Assembly (NCBI GenBank): GCA_039931975.1
Contig: JBDTQW010000001.1
Coordinates: forward strand, 2,921-66,920
DNA: 64,000 nucleotides
Reading direction: 5' to 3'
Source of the DNA: Chloroflexota bacterium
GTDB lineage: Bacteria; Chloroflexota; Limnocylindria; Limnocylindrales; CSP1-4
Position 1 is the first letter of the stretch, and every line of letters starts with the position of its first letter. The notes beneath the pieces were generated by a model. That model saw nothing but the letters and a program-made list of their open reading frames with translations. It was not told the origin of the DNA and made no database searches. Of the stretch, positions 8,354-17,967 are shown piece by piece. The position numbers and the translations under genes are program-made.

Positions 8354-9888
8354 CCGACACGGTGACACCGAGCGAGCCGACGACCGACCGGCCGGCCGAG
8401 CCGCCCACGTATCGGCTGTTCGTCGACGGGGAGTGGGTCCCGTCCGGGACGGGGCGCACCTTCGAGAGCGTCAACCCCGCCGATACCCGCGACGTGATCG
8501 GACGCTTCCAGGCCGGCGACGCGGCCGATGCCGCCCGAGCCATCCGCGCGGCCGAGACCGCCTTCCCGGCCTGGCGGCGGACCCCGGCTCCCAAGCGCGG
8601 CGAGATCCTGTACCGCTTCGGTGCGCTCATGGCCGAGCACAAGGAGCGGCTCGCCCGGGCGATGACCCGGGAGATGGGCAAGGTCCTGGAGGAGGCCCGC
8701 GGAGATGTCCAGGAGGGCATCGACATCGCCTACCTGATGGCCGGTGAGGGCCGCCGCCTGTTGGGTGACACGACGCCATCCGAGCTGCCCGACAAGTGGG
8801 CGATGAGCATCCGCGAGCCGATCGGTGTGGCCGGGATCATCACCCCCTGGAACTTCCCGATGGCCATCCCGTGCTGGAAGTCGATGCCGGCGCTGGTGAC
8901 GGGCAACACGATCGTGCTCAAGCCGTCGAGCGACACGCCCCTTTGCGCGACCCTGCTGGTCGAGCTGATGGCCGAAGCCGGCTTCCCGCCGGGCACGGTC
9001 AACCTCGTTACCGGACCCGGCTCGGAAGTCGGCGACGCGATCGTGGCCAGCCCGGACGTCCAGGTCATCAGCTTCACCGGCAATACCCTGACCGGCAAGC
9101 GCATCGCCGAGATCGCCGCCCGCCGGCTCAAGCGGGTCAGCCTGGAGCTCGGCGGCAAGAACGGGATCATAGTCATGGCCGACGCCGACCTTGACCTGGC
9201 GACCGAAGGCATCCTGTGGTCGGCGTTCGGCACGACCGGCCAGCGCTGCACCGCCGCTTCGCGGGTCATCGTCGAGCAGGCCGTGCTCGGGTCACTCCTC
9301 GACCGGTTGGAGAGCCGCACCCGGGCGCTCCGGGTCGGCTCGGGGCTCGACCCCGCGACCGAGGTCGGGCCGCTGGTCAACGCCGGAGCGCTCGACAAGG
9401 TGGCGTCCTACATCGACGTCGGCAAGCGCGAGGGCGAGTTGCTGACCGGTGGCGTCCGGGCGACCGGAGCCGGCCTGGAGCACGGTCATTTCTTCGAGCC
9501 GACGATCTTCGCCGGGGTCAAGCCGATGGATCGGATCGCCCAGGAGGAGATCTTCGGACCGGTCCTCTCGATCGTCCCCGTGCCGGATTACCCGGCAGCC
9601 GTGACCGCCTTGAACCAGACCCGCTACGGGCTGTCTTCGTCGATCTTCACGAGCGACGCGAACACCGCCTTCCGGGCGATGCGCGACTTCGAGACCGGCA
9701 TCGTCTACGTCAACGCCGGGACGATCGGCGCCGAGACCCACCTCCCGTTCGGCGGCACGAAGGAGACCGGGAACGGCCACCGCGAGGCTGGTCACGCGGC
9801 ACTCGAGACGTATACGGAATGGAAGTCGATCTACGTCGACTTCAGCGGCCGGCTGCAACGGGCCCAGATCGACAACCAGCCCGACTGA
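8350..9888 (+). CDS. NAD(P)-dependent aldehyde dehydrogenase
   Basis: ALDH motifs are present: PWNFP, the ELGGKN glutamate site and the catalytic Cys region GQRCTAASR. The protein is full length at 512 aa. Confidence 0.9.
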   Translation: MTDTVTPSEPTTDRPAEPPTYRLFVDGEWVPSGTGRTFESVNPADTRDVIGRFQAGDAADAARAIRAAETAFPAWRRTPAPKRGEILYRFGALMAEHKERLARAMTREMGKVLEEARGDVQEGIDIAYLMAGEGRRLLGDTTPSELPDKWAMSIREPIGVAGIITPWNFPMAIPCWKSMPALVTGNTIVLKPSSDTPLCATLLVELMAEAGFPPGTVNLVTGPGSEVGDAIVASPDVQVISFTGNTLTGKRIAEIAARRLKRVSLELGGKNGIIVMADADLDLATEGILWSAFGTTGQRCTAASRVIVEQAVLGSLLDRLESRTRALRVGSGLDPATEVGPLVNAGALDKVASYIDVGKREGELLTGGVRATGAGLEHGHFFEPTIFAGVKPMDRIAQEEIFGPVLSIVPVPDYPAAVTALNQTRYGLSSSIFTSDANTAFRAMRDFETGIVYVNAGTIGAETHLPFGGTKETGNGHREAGHAALETYTEWKSIYVDFSGRLQRAQIDNQPD

Positions 9889-9901
9889 CGTCGAGCCTGC
9901 C

Positions 9902-11659
9902 TCAGGGGCGGGTGTGGGTCTCCTGGAGCAGGTCGGCCAGGCCCTGGCGGGTGGCAGCCACCACCATTTCGCAGCCGGGCACGAGCGGCTCGTCGGGTCG
10001 AGGGTGCCAGCGGGTCTTGCCGTCGCCATCCACGATGGCCAGCAGCCGGCGCTCGCCCGATCGGTCGATGGTCCCGGCCTGCCGGCCGACGAGGTCTGCC
10101 GTCGCGGGGACCTGGACCCGAGCGAACAGGATGACCCGGCGGTCGCCCACCGGCACTGAGGCCACGACCTGGGAACCGGTCGCCGCTGCCGCGAAGGCCG
10201 GTGCCGCGAGATGCGACACGCTCCGGGTGAAGCGCATCCCGAGGCCGCGCTGGACCCGCACGGCGAAGTCCGGGTCGTAGAGCCGGACGACCACCCGAAG
10301 GTCGGGTCGAACGTCCCGGGCGTGGAGTGCCGCCGCGATGTTGACCAGGTCGTCGTTGGTGGCCGCGACCATCGCCCGGGCGGTCCCGATCCCGACGGCC
10401 GCCAGGGTCTCGGGCTGGCGAGCATCGCCGATGACGACCGGGATGCCGCGCGCTCGGACCGCAGCAGTGAATCGCGCGTTCTCGTTCAACTCGACGGCCA
10501 CGACCGGGACCCCGCGGGCGGCGATCCCCAGCACGATCCGGTAGCCGATGGTGCCGAGCCCGCACACGATCACGTGGTCGTGGATGCTCGCGGGGACGGT
10601 CCGTCGACCGAGCGTCTGGAGCAGCCGGGAACGGATGATCGCGTCGGTGATGAGGGCGTACACGACCGCCACGATCGACGCGCCGAGCAGGCTCAGGAAG
10701 ATGCCGTAGACCTTGAGCGCGCCCGGCGCGGCCCGCTGATCGACGTTCGCGAAACCGGATCCGGCACCGGTCAGGAGGCTGATCGCGAAGGACATCGCGT
10801 CGAGCGGGCTGAGGTCGGCCACGAGTTGGAAGAACGTCGCCGAGATCACCGCCAGCACGGTCAGGATGACCAGCAGGTTGATCAGCCGGCGGTCCGGGCT
10901 CGAGAGCCGGCCGCGGAGGTCGCCGGGCAGATCGGCCAGGCGGCGCCGAGCGGCGCGCACCGCCGCCGTGCGGCGCGGCACGGGCACGTGGGCCTGGAGC
11001 ATCTCCGGCGGCTGCGACTGGAGAACGATGAGGCCCGGTTCGGTCGGGTCGGCCTCTGGGAACAGCTCGACCGAGCGATCCGGGCGGATACGAGCAAGCG
11101 CCACGGCTGGATCGCCGCCTGCGTCCGGCGTCTGTGCACCGCGAGAACCGAGCCTGGTGGCTCGGGCGACGAGCTGCCGACCGGCCAGCTCGAAGCGGCT
11201 GCCTCCCTCACCGTCGAGCGCCGCCCCCACAAATCCTGGGGCCCCCAACGCCGACGACGACAGGGCCACGGCATCACCCAGAAGCGCATGGATCCGGGCG
11301 CCCAGCTCGGCGTCGAACATGCGGATGACGATCCGGATGTCGGGGTTCAGGTCGTGGGCGGCCAGGGCAGCCTGCAGATTCGCGAGGTCGTCGTCGCCGG
11401 TGAGGACGATCGCCACAGCGGTCTCGATCCCGGCCTGGCGAAGGACCGATTCCCGGCGGCAGTCGCCGACGATCACCCGGACGTCGTGCAGCCGCTCGGT
11501 CACGAGCCCCTGATCGGCGCTGGCGGTGATCGCCCTTACGGTTTCGTCGCGGAGCTTGAGCTCTTCGACCGTCTGCAGGCCGAGATGGCCGAGCCCGCAG
11601 ACGATCACCAGGTCGCCGGTCTGGGCGTCGCCGCTCGGGGGGTCGCTGGGCTCGGGCAT
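9902..11659 (-). CDS. Potassium channel protein with two RCK/TrkA-N NAD-binding domains
   Basis: There are two VIVCGLG(H/T)xG Rossmann motifs of the RCK_N type. A central membrane pore region lies between them (LVILTVLAVISATFFQL, LLTGAGSGFANV selectivity-filter-like region). Confidence 0.8.
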   Translation of the reverse strand: MPEPSDPPSGDAQTGDLVIVCGLGHLGLQTVEELKLRDETVRAITASADQGLVTERLHDVRVIVGDCRRESVLRQAGIETAVAIVLTGDDDLANLQAALAAHDLNPDIRIVIRMFDAELGARIHALLGDAVALSSSALGAPGFVGAALDGEGGSRFELAGRQLVARATRLGSRGAQTPDAGGDPAVALARIRPDRSVELFPEADPTEPGLIVLQSQPPEMLQAHVPVPRRTAAVRAARRRLADLPGDLRGRLSSPDRRLINLLVILTVLAVISATFFQLVADLSPLDAMSFAISLLTGAGSGFANVDQRAAPGALKVYGIFLSLLGASIVAVVYALITDAIIRSRLLQTLGRRTVPASIHDHVIVCGLGTIGYRIVLGIAARGVPVVAVELNENARFTAAVRARGIPVVIGDARQPETLAAVGIGTARAMVAATNDDLVNIAAALHARDVRPDLRVVVRLYDPDFAVRVQRGLGMRFTRSVSHLAAPAFAAAATGSQVVASVPVGDRRVILFARVQVPATADLVGRQAGTIDRSGERRLLAIVDGDGKTRWHPRPDEPLVPGCEMVVAATRQGLADLLQETHTRP

Positions 11660-11918
11660 CGTGCCAGTCTACGGTCCGGTCAGGCCCCCCGAGAGATGTC
11701 CGAGGACGGGGCACCGGGCCCGTCCGGAGGATGGCCCGCGAGGGCGATGGGCGTGAGTAGACCTCGACGCAGAGGGGGAAATCTGAGCCGAGGTCTGCGA
11801 CCAGTCTGGTTGGCAAGCCGCGATCCGCGCCATAGGGCGTTCTCCCTAGGGCATCTTGAGCGGGTTCGACCGGCCGATCCGATGGCCGAGACCCCGGTCA
11901 TGCGCTACCATCGGCCGC

Positions 11919-11993
11919 GGGCCGGTAGCTCAATGGCAGAGCAAGTGACTCTTAATCACTAGGTTGCGAGTTCGACCCTCGCCCGGCTCACCA
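11919..11993 (+). tRNA. tRNA-Lys (anticodon CTT)
   Basis: Folds as a cloverleaf by hand. The acceptor stem is GGGCCGG/CCGGCTC with one G-U pair. D-arm is GCTC-AATGGC-AGAGC. Anticodon stem is AGTGA/TCACT with loop CTCTTAA, giving anticodon CUU. T-arm is GCGAG-TTCGACC-CTCGC. The discriminator A and CCA are encoded. Confidence 0.85.
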
Positions 11994-11998
11994 CGATT

Positions 11999-14026
11999 TC
12001 AGCCCGCCCGGATGACGACAGGTCGCGTGCCATACGGAATGGGCGGGAGGATCCGGGCGATCGGCGTCACCACCGAACCGTCCCACGTCTCGACCGGTGC
12101 CGGTCTGCCGAGAAAATAGCCCTGCCCGAGGGTGACGCCGAGCTCGGTCAGGATCACCTGTTCGGCCCATGTCTCGATGCCCTCGGCGATGACCAGGCTT
12201 CCCGCTTCGGCTGCGAAGTGGATCAGTCCGACGACCACGGCGCGCCGGCCCGGATCGGCATCGACCCCGCGCACGAGACCGGCGTCGATCTTCACGAAGC
12301 TCGGTCGCAGCTCGACGAGGTGGTTGAAGTTTGCGACCCCCGCGCCGGCATCGTCGACCGCCAGTCGAACCCCGGGTCCCAGCTCGAGCATTGATTCGCG
12401 CAAAGGTGCGTACGCCTCGATCGCCTCATGCTCGGTGATCTCGAGGACCAACGGTCGAGACCGGTCGACCAGCGCGCGTCCGATGACATCGGCACGGGCC
12501 AGAAGAGCTGGGGAGACGTTGAGGCTGAGCCACGCTCTCGCGGGGAGCCGTTGCGCAGTCCGCAGCGCCAGCTCGAGGGTCACCGTCTCGAGCTCGATGC
12601 CCAATCCCGCGTCGATCGCCGCCGCGAACGTGATGTCCGGCGGGATGCCGTCGTCGAACCGGGTGAGGGCCTCGAACCCAACGGTCTCGCCGGTCACCAG
12701 ATCCACGACCGGCTGGAAGACCGGCCGGAATGAGCCGGCTGCGATCGTGGCGGCGATCCGGCGAAGCTTCTCCGCCGCGCCTCGGCGGGCGAGCAGGGTG
12801 GGCGCCAGGATCGTCTCCGCGACCGACGCGAACTCGCCGACGGCCGGCAGGTCCTCGACCATGTGGCGTCCGTGGTCCTCGTCGGTCGTGGCAACCCCGA
12901 TCAGCCCGACCAATTCGCCGTTTGCCTCGATCGGCGCGAACGCCCGGCTCTTGATCCCGAGCGCGGCGAGGCGCTCGTAGAAGGCACTGGGCTCCGACGG
13001 TTCGGTCACGACCTCGGCCCAGGGTCCATCCACGGACTGTGCCAGGAGGTAGGCGGCGTGTGCCCTGGCGACCGATTCGCCGGTCCGGATCGGGAACCCG
13101 GCCAGGCCCACGACCGCCAGGGCGACCATCTCGTCCCCGGTGCAGTCGAAGACGCCGGCGACATCCACCCCGGGCAACCGAGCCAGGGCCCGTGCGATGA
13201 GCGTCGCCGTCTGATGTGGCGTCGTTTGCGTGCGCAGGGTCCGGAGTGAGGCGATGATCTCGAGCCGCTCGGAGCTGGTGCGGGCTCGCCGGCGCGCATC
13301 TTGCGAGACCGTGAGGCCGTAGCGCCTGACGAACCACAGCGATAATCCGGCCGCGAGGAGCTCGATGGCGAGGCCGATCGCGTTCGCGGCGGCACGCATG
13401 TCGTCGAGCGCATGGAACCGGCTGTCGAACGCCGCCGACACCTGGTCGATCTCAGAGACGAACCGGACGATGGCGGCGTCGCTCGATCCCTGGGCCAGGA
13501 CCCTGAGCCTGATGGCCGCAGTGATCGACTCGGGCCGGCCGTTCTGAACCGCCTCGATCGCGGGCTCCGCGACGGTCGCCCGCCAGACATCGTTCTCGGC
13601 GTCGACGCCCGCCAAGGCTTGCTCGACGCCGGTCAGGCTGCCCGCCTCGGCTCGGATCTGGACGGCGGTGAGCGTCTCCTGGTCGACAGCCTGTTGGAAC
13701 CGGTTCAATGAGGCTGGATCACGGGACAGAAGGTAGTTGCCGAGCGCGTTGTGCTGCCCGTGGACCGCAGCCACCAGCTCATCGCCCAGAGCCGCCGCCG
13801 TGTCGGCCGCGGCCTGGTCGGTCTCGAGCGTGGCGTTCGCCGCGTTGATCTGGAGGTAGATGGCCGCAGTGGCCACGCACACGCTGATCGCGGCCCCGCC
13901 CACCACGAAGAGGACCCTGTTGTAAGGAGTCACAAAGGCAGCGTATGGGTTGCGCTGTCCACATGGTAGGTGCCAATCGGTCCCGGTAGGAGCCCATTCG
14001 TACGGCCGTGGTGCGCTGCCAGGCAC
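11999..14026 (-). CDS. EAL-domain c-di-GMP phosphodiesterase with an N-terminal membrane/sensor region; no GGDEF domain
   Basis: EAL motifs are present: EALTRF, LEITE, DDAGAG, EGIET and GQGYFLGRP. There is an N-terminal transmembrane segment and a long helical sensor region. The true start may lie downstream of 14026. Confidence 0.8.
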   Translation of the reverse strand: MPGSAPRPYEWAPTGTDWHLPCGQRNPYAAFVTPYNRVLFVVGGAAISVCVATAAIYLQINAANATLETDQAAADTAAALGDELVAAVHGQHNALGNYLLSRDPASLNRFQQAVDQETLTAVQIRAEAGSLTGVEQALAGVDAENDVWRATVAEPAIEAVQNGRPESITAAIRLRVLAQGSSDAAIVRFVSEIDQVSAAFDSRFHALDDMRAAANAIGLAIELLAAGLSLWFVRRYGLTVSQDARRRARTSSERLEIIASLRTLRTQTTPHQTATLIARALARLPGVDVAGVFDCTGDEMVALAVVGLAGFPIRTGESVARAHAAYLLAQSVDGPWAEVVTEPSEPSAFYERLAALGIKSRAFAPIEANGELVGLIGVATTDEDHGRHMVEDLPAVGEFASVAETILAPTLLARRGAAEKLRRIAATIAAGSFRPVFQPVVDLVTGETVGFEALTRFDDGIPPDITFAAAIDAGLGIELETVTLELALRTAQRLPARAWLSLNVSPALLARADVIGRALVDRSRPLVLEITEHEAIEAYAPLRESMLELGPGVRLAVDDAGAGVANFNHLVELRPSFVKIDAGLVRGVDADPGRRAVVVGLIHFAAEAGSLVIAEGIETWAEQVILTELGVTLGQGYFLGRPAPVETWDGSVVTPIARILPPIPYGTRPVVIRAG

Positions 14027-14101
14027 CCGGCCGGGTCTACTCTTGACCTGAGGAGGCGCGAGACAACGCGAGCCTTCGACGAACCCCCACGCGGATGAGG
14101 A

Positions 14102-14329
14102 ATGGACACAGAGGCCCGCAGCCGACTACGCAAGGCGGTCGAGGCGCTGGGTCCCGACTGGTCGCACGAGATCCGCCACGACCCGGACGGAGACCCGCGG
14201 TTCGTCGTGGTGTTCCGAAGGGCCGGCCAGCGCTACTTCCTGGTCGGAGGCAACGACGAGCCGGAGGCGATGCGCAGGGCCATGGATTGGGTGGACAAGC
14301 GATCGGCCGTCCAGGAGCCCGACCGATGA
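14102..14329 (+). CDS. Small hypothetical protein (75 aa)
   Basis: An ORF with protein-like composition in an otherwise gene-free gap. I recognise no homology. Confidence 0.3.
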   Translation: MDTEARSRLRKAVEALGPDWSHEIRHDPDGDPRFVVVFRRAGQRYFLVGGNDEPEAMRRAMDWVDKRSAVQEPDR

Positions 14330-14451
14330 CCATTAGGGCGATCGCCCGATAGCCGGCCGCGCGACGTGCCGCCCAGACTCACATTCCTGATCCCGGTCGG
14401 CGCGCAACGCCGGGGTGATCCACGCCGCCGTGCGGTGATCGTCGACGAGGA

Positions 14452-14688
14452 GTGACCGTGGCGCGATGGGTCCGCAAGCGAGGCGACGTCTTCGGCGTGT
14501 GGCACCTGCGAGGCGAGCCACCGCTGTGGGCGGTCGACCGCGGACTATTCGTGGCCGCCTGCGGTCTGCCGCTCGGTGATCGGAGCGCCCGGCTCGAGCG
14601 TGTCGATGAGGACACGATGTTCGGCACGCGCTGTCCGGCGTGCGAGCTGGTCGGCAAGGCGCCCGCCGGCCAGTCGTCGCTCAAGTGA
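14452..14688 (+). CDS. Small hypothetical protein (78 aa) with a C-terminal CxxC pair
   Basis: An ORF in the same gap. The CPAC motif could bind zinc. Weak call. Confidence 0.25.
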   Translation: MTVARWVRKRGDVFGVWHLRGEPPLWAVDRGLFVAACGLPLGDRSARLERVDEDTMFGTRCPACELVGKAPAGQSSLK

Positions 14689-14826
14689 CCGTGAGGTAGG
14701 CCGAAAACCGCCGCGGAGAGGCCCTCGGGCGCTCGAGGCGTGCCTCGGCTCGAGCGTGACATAGGACTTTCGTAGGACTGCCAGTCCGGGATCGAACGCG
14801 CTCCAATTGGGGCGCTCCTGAGGCCG

Positions 14827-16347
14827 GTGGGAGGATATCGCCGCCGCGCCCGGGTAGCGATCCCGAGGCCCCGGTTGAGCGTCCCCCACGAAACGTCCCC
14901 GGCGACCGAGCAAATCGGACCGGCTCCGGCCACCCGAATCGTCGAGTGGCTGCGTGTTCGGCTGCCTCTCGACGTCACCCGTTTCGTGACCGTCCTGGGG
15001 CTGGCAGCCGCCGCCTCCCTGTTCCTGCCGCATCCGGCGGCGGGGCCGGAGGACACTTGGATCTCGGCTTTCGTGGTGCTGACGGTCCTCTCGATCGGCC
15101 TCGAATTCGTGGCCGTCGAGCTGCCCCAGGGTGGCGTCGTCTCGGTCGCGACGATCGGGCACATCGCCACGATCCTGCTCGTTCCGCCGCCGTTCGCCGC
15201 GATCTCCGTCGGCTCGGCGGTGCTGGTCGAGGAACTGATCCAGCGGACCTCCTTCCAGCGCGTCGCGTTCAACACCTCCGGCCACGTGCTGACGATCTCG
15301 CTTGCATCGTTCGCGGTCGGCCTGGTCGGCGACCCGAGGGTCATCGTCGAGGGACACGAGCAGCTGGCGCTCGTCGTCGTGGTCGTCGCGGCCAGCCTGG
15401 TCTACCACCTGGTCAACGACGTCCTGACGAGCGCGGTGATGGCCCTGGCCTCCGGCCGGCCGCTGGTCTATCTCCTGCGGACGAGCAGCCGGGGCACGAT
15501 CTTCGCCGAAGCTGGAGCCGGCATGATCGGCGTCCTGTTCGCGCTCATCTGGATCGTCGCGCCGCTGTGGACGACGCTCCTGGCGATCCCGGCGGCGGTC
15601 ATCGCCCGCGCCCTCCGCTACATCCGCCAACTGGAGGGCGAGACCCGCTCCGCCGTGGCGACCATGGCCCAGGTCGTCGACGATCGGGACTCGTCGACCT
15701 TCCACCACTCCGAGCGGGTCGCGAGCTACGCAGTCTCGCTGGCCGGCGAGCTCGGCCTCGACCAATCCCTCATCGAGCTCATCGAGCAGGCGGCGTCGGT
15801 CCACGACCTCGGCAAGATCGGGGTCCCCGACCGGGTGCTGCTCAAGCCGGGTCCGCTCACCACCGACGAGCGGGCGACGATGTGGCTCCACACTCAGATA
15901 GGGGCTCGGATCCTCAGCCAGTTCCACCTCTTCCGGTCGGGTGCCGAGATCGTCCTCCACCACCACGAGGCCTTCGACGGCTCGGGCTATCCTGGCGGCC
16001 TGGCCGGCGACGCGATCCCCCTCGGCGCTCGCGTGGTCGCCGTCGCCGACGCGTTCGATGCGATGACCTCGGACCGCCCCTATCGCAGGGCCCTGTCGGT
16101 CGACGAGGCGGTCGACCGATTTCGGATCGGCTCCGGCCGCCAGTGGGACCCGGCCGTGGTGTCGGCGATGCTGCGGCTGCTCCGCGAGAGCCGGCTGGAC
16201 CAGCACATCGGCCATGACCGGCCGGGACACGAGCACCCGCATGGATCGGACCACGGCCTGGCGGACCACCCTGACGGGCACCCGGTCGACCACGACGACC
16301 TGGCCCCGGCCCTGGTCGGGCCTGACAGCACCAGGGACGCGGCGTGA
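14827..16347 (+). CDS. HD-GYP domain phosphohydrolase (c-di-GMP phosphodiesterase class II) with an N-terminal multi-pass membrane domain
   Basis: HD-GYP motifs are present: HHSERVASYAV, HDLGKIGVPD and HHHEAFDGSGYPGGLAG. About six hydrophobic helices precede the domain. The true start may be internal to the track ORF. Confidence 0.85.
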   Translation: MGGYRRRARVAIPRPRLSVPHETSPATEQIGPAPATRIVEWLRVRLPLDVTRFVTVLGLAAAASLFLPHPAAGPEDTWISAFVVLTVLSIGLEFVAVELPQGGVVSVATIGHIATILLVPPPFAAISVGSAVLVEELIQRTSFQRVAFNTSGHVLTISLASFAVGLVGDPRVIVEGHEQLALVVVVVAASLVYHLVNDVLTSAVMALASGRPLVYLLRTSSRGTIFAEAGAGMIGVLFALIWIVAPLWTTLLAIPAAVIARALRYIRQLEGETRSAVATMAQVVDDRDSSTFHHSERVASYAVSLAGELGLDQSLIELIEQAASVHDLGKIGVPDRVLLKPGPLTTDERATMWLHTQIGARILSQFHLFRSGAEIVLHHHEAFDGSGYPGGLAGDAIPLGARVVAVADAFDAMTSDRPYRRALSVDEAVDRFRIGSGRQWDPAVVSAMLRLLRESRLDQHIGHDRPGHEHPHGSDHGLADHPDGHPVDHDDLAPALVGPDSTRDAA

Positions 16348-17663
16348 GCGCACCCTCGCGCCGATCTGGGGTCGCGGGCCGGTCCTTCCGTGCCCTCTGG
16401 CTCGGGCAGACCGTTTCCGCGCTCGGGACCCAGGTGTCGCTCGTCGCCCTGCCCCTCGTGGCGGTCCTGGTCCTCCATGTCGGACCACTCGAGCTGGGGA
16501 TCCTGGCCGCCCTCGAGACGCTGCCGTACCTGGTCCTCGCCCTGCCGGCCGGCGTGTTCATCGATCGGGCGGATCGGCGCTGGACGATGATCGCCTGCGA
16601 TCTCGGTCGGGCGGTGGTGCTGGTCGGGACCGCGCTCGCCATCTTCACCGGCGTCGTGTCCATCGCCCTGCTGTGCGCGGTCGCCCTGGTGGTCGGCTCG
16701 CTGAGCGTCTTCTTCTCGGTCGCCTACAGCACGTATGTTCCGTCCATCGTCGAGGCCGACCAGCTTGTCGACGGCAACCAGCGGCTCGAGCTGTCCGACT
16801 CGGCGGCCCAGGTCCTCGGTCCGAGCATCGGCGGGACGGTCCTCCAGCTGGCCGGCGGAGCGGCCACCGCGGCGCTCGACGGCGTCTCCTACCTGGTCTC
16901 GGCGATCGCGATCCTGGCCGCCCGGCCGGTCCGCGAGCCCGAGCCTGCTTCACGACCGGAACGGATCGCCATGTTCGCCGGGATCGGCGAGGGACTCCGC
17001 CGGGTCGCCGGAGATCGTGTCTTGCGCGACCTGGCCGGGTCGACGGGTCTGTTCAACCTCGGCAGCGGGATGCTCCTGGCGGTCGTCGTCCTCTTCGCTA
17101 CGACTGAGGTCGGCCTCGATGCTGCGGGCTTCGGGTTGGTCTACGGGGTGGGTAACGTCGGCTTCATCCTCGGCGCATTGGCCGTCGGCGCGCTCACCAA
17201 GCGAGTCGGGGTCGGTCGCGCGTTCGCGTGGTCGACCTACCTCGGCGCCGTGGCGATGATCCTCATCGCGATCGCCGGCGGCGCCGCCGGCGCGCTGCTG
17301 CTCCTCGCCGGCCGGTTCGTCGGCGCCGTGGCGGCGCCCCTCTTCAACGTCAACGCGTTGAGCCTGCGCCAGGCCCGGGTGAGCGACGAGATCATGGGCC
17401 GGGTCAACGCCACGTTCCTGTTCATCGACTGGGGTCCCCTGCCGATCGGCAGTCTGCTCGGCGGCCTGCTGGCGGGCGCGCTCGGGCGGCGGGCGGCGCT
17501 CATCGCGGCGGCTGCGTGCGGCGTGGCCGGCGCGGTCTGGGTCCGGCTCTCACCGGCGGCTCGCTTGACCAGCCTGACTTCACCTGCGGACTCGGCCGCC
17601 AGGGGTGCGTCGCCCGTCGACGATCGCGACGACATCCCGCACGATCCGCGGCTGGTGGCGTAG
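16344..17663 (+). CDS. MFS transporter
   Basis: About 12 hydrophobic helices with MFS-like loop spacing. An MFS signature is present in the LALPAGVFIDRADRR region. The GTG start overlaps the HD-GYP stop. Confidence 0.85.
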   Translation: MSAPSRRSGVAGRSFRALWLGQTVSALGTQVSLVALPLVAVLVLHVGPLELGILAALETLPYLVLALPAGVFIDRADRRWTMIACDLGRAVVLVGTALAIFTGVVSIALLCAVALVVGSLSVFFSVAYSTYVPSIVEADQLVDGNQRLELSDSAAQVLGPSIGGTVLQLAGGAATAALDGVSYLVSAIAILAARPVREPEPASRPERIAMFAGIGEGLRRVAGDRVLRDLAGSTGLFNLGSGMLLAVVVLFATTEVGLDAAGFGLVYGVGNVGFILGALAVGALTKRVGVGRAFAWSTYLGAVAMILIAIAGGAAGALLLLAGRFVGAVAAPLFNVNALSLRQARVSDEIMGRVNATFLFIDWGPLPIGSLLGGLLAGALGRRAALIAAAACGVAGAVWVRLSPAARLTSLTSPADSAARGASPVDDRDDIPHDPRLVA

Positions 17664-17967
17664 CCGGCAGCACCGGGCCTTTGCCAAGGTTGGTGTAGGC
17701 TTCCTGACCGGACGCCGCGGGGAGGGCGTCGCAGGCGCAGCAGGGCCCGACTCGGGCAGCCACGACCGCGCCACAGGGCACTGTGGCCAGCCGTTCCACG
17801 GAACGGGATCGGCGGATCCCGTCACGCAGAGGAGCCGAACCCTGACCCCTGACGACCCGACGGCGGACGTCGAGAGCTTCGCGCCGCCCGTGGCGTATCC
17901 GAGCGCCGATCACGACCCCGCCCCTTCGAGTCGTACCTCGCGCCAGGCGACGGGGCCGCGGGGCCGG

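Noticed and set aside
17605-17967. N-terminal extension of the LCP protein as given by the track ORF
   Set aside because: The extra 121 codons are Arg/Gly/Pro-rich and start inside the MFS gene. The ATG at 17968, followed by a TM helix, is the more plausible start.
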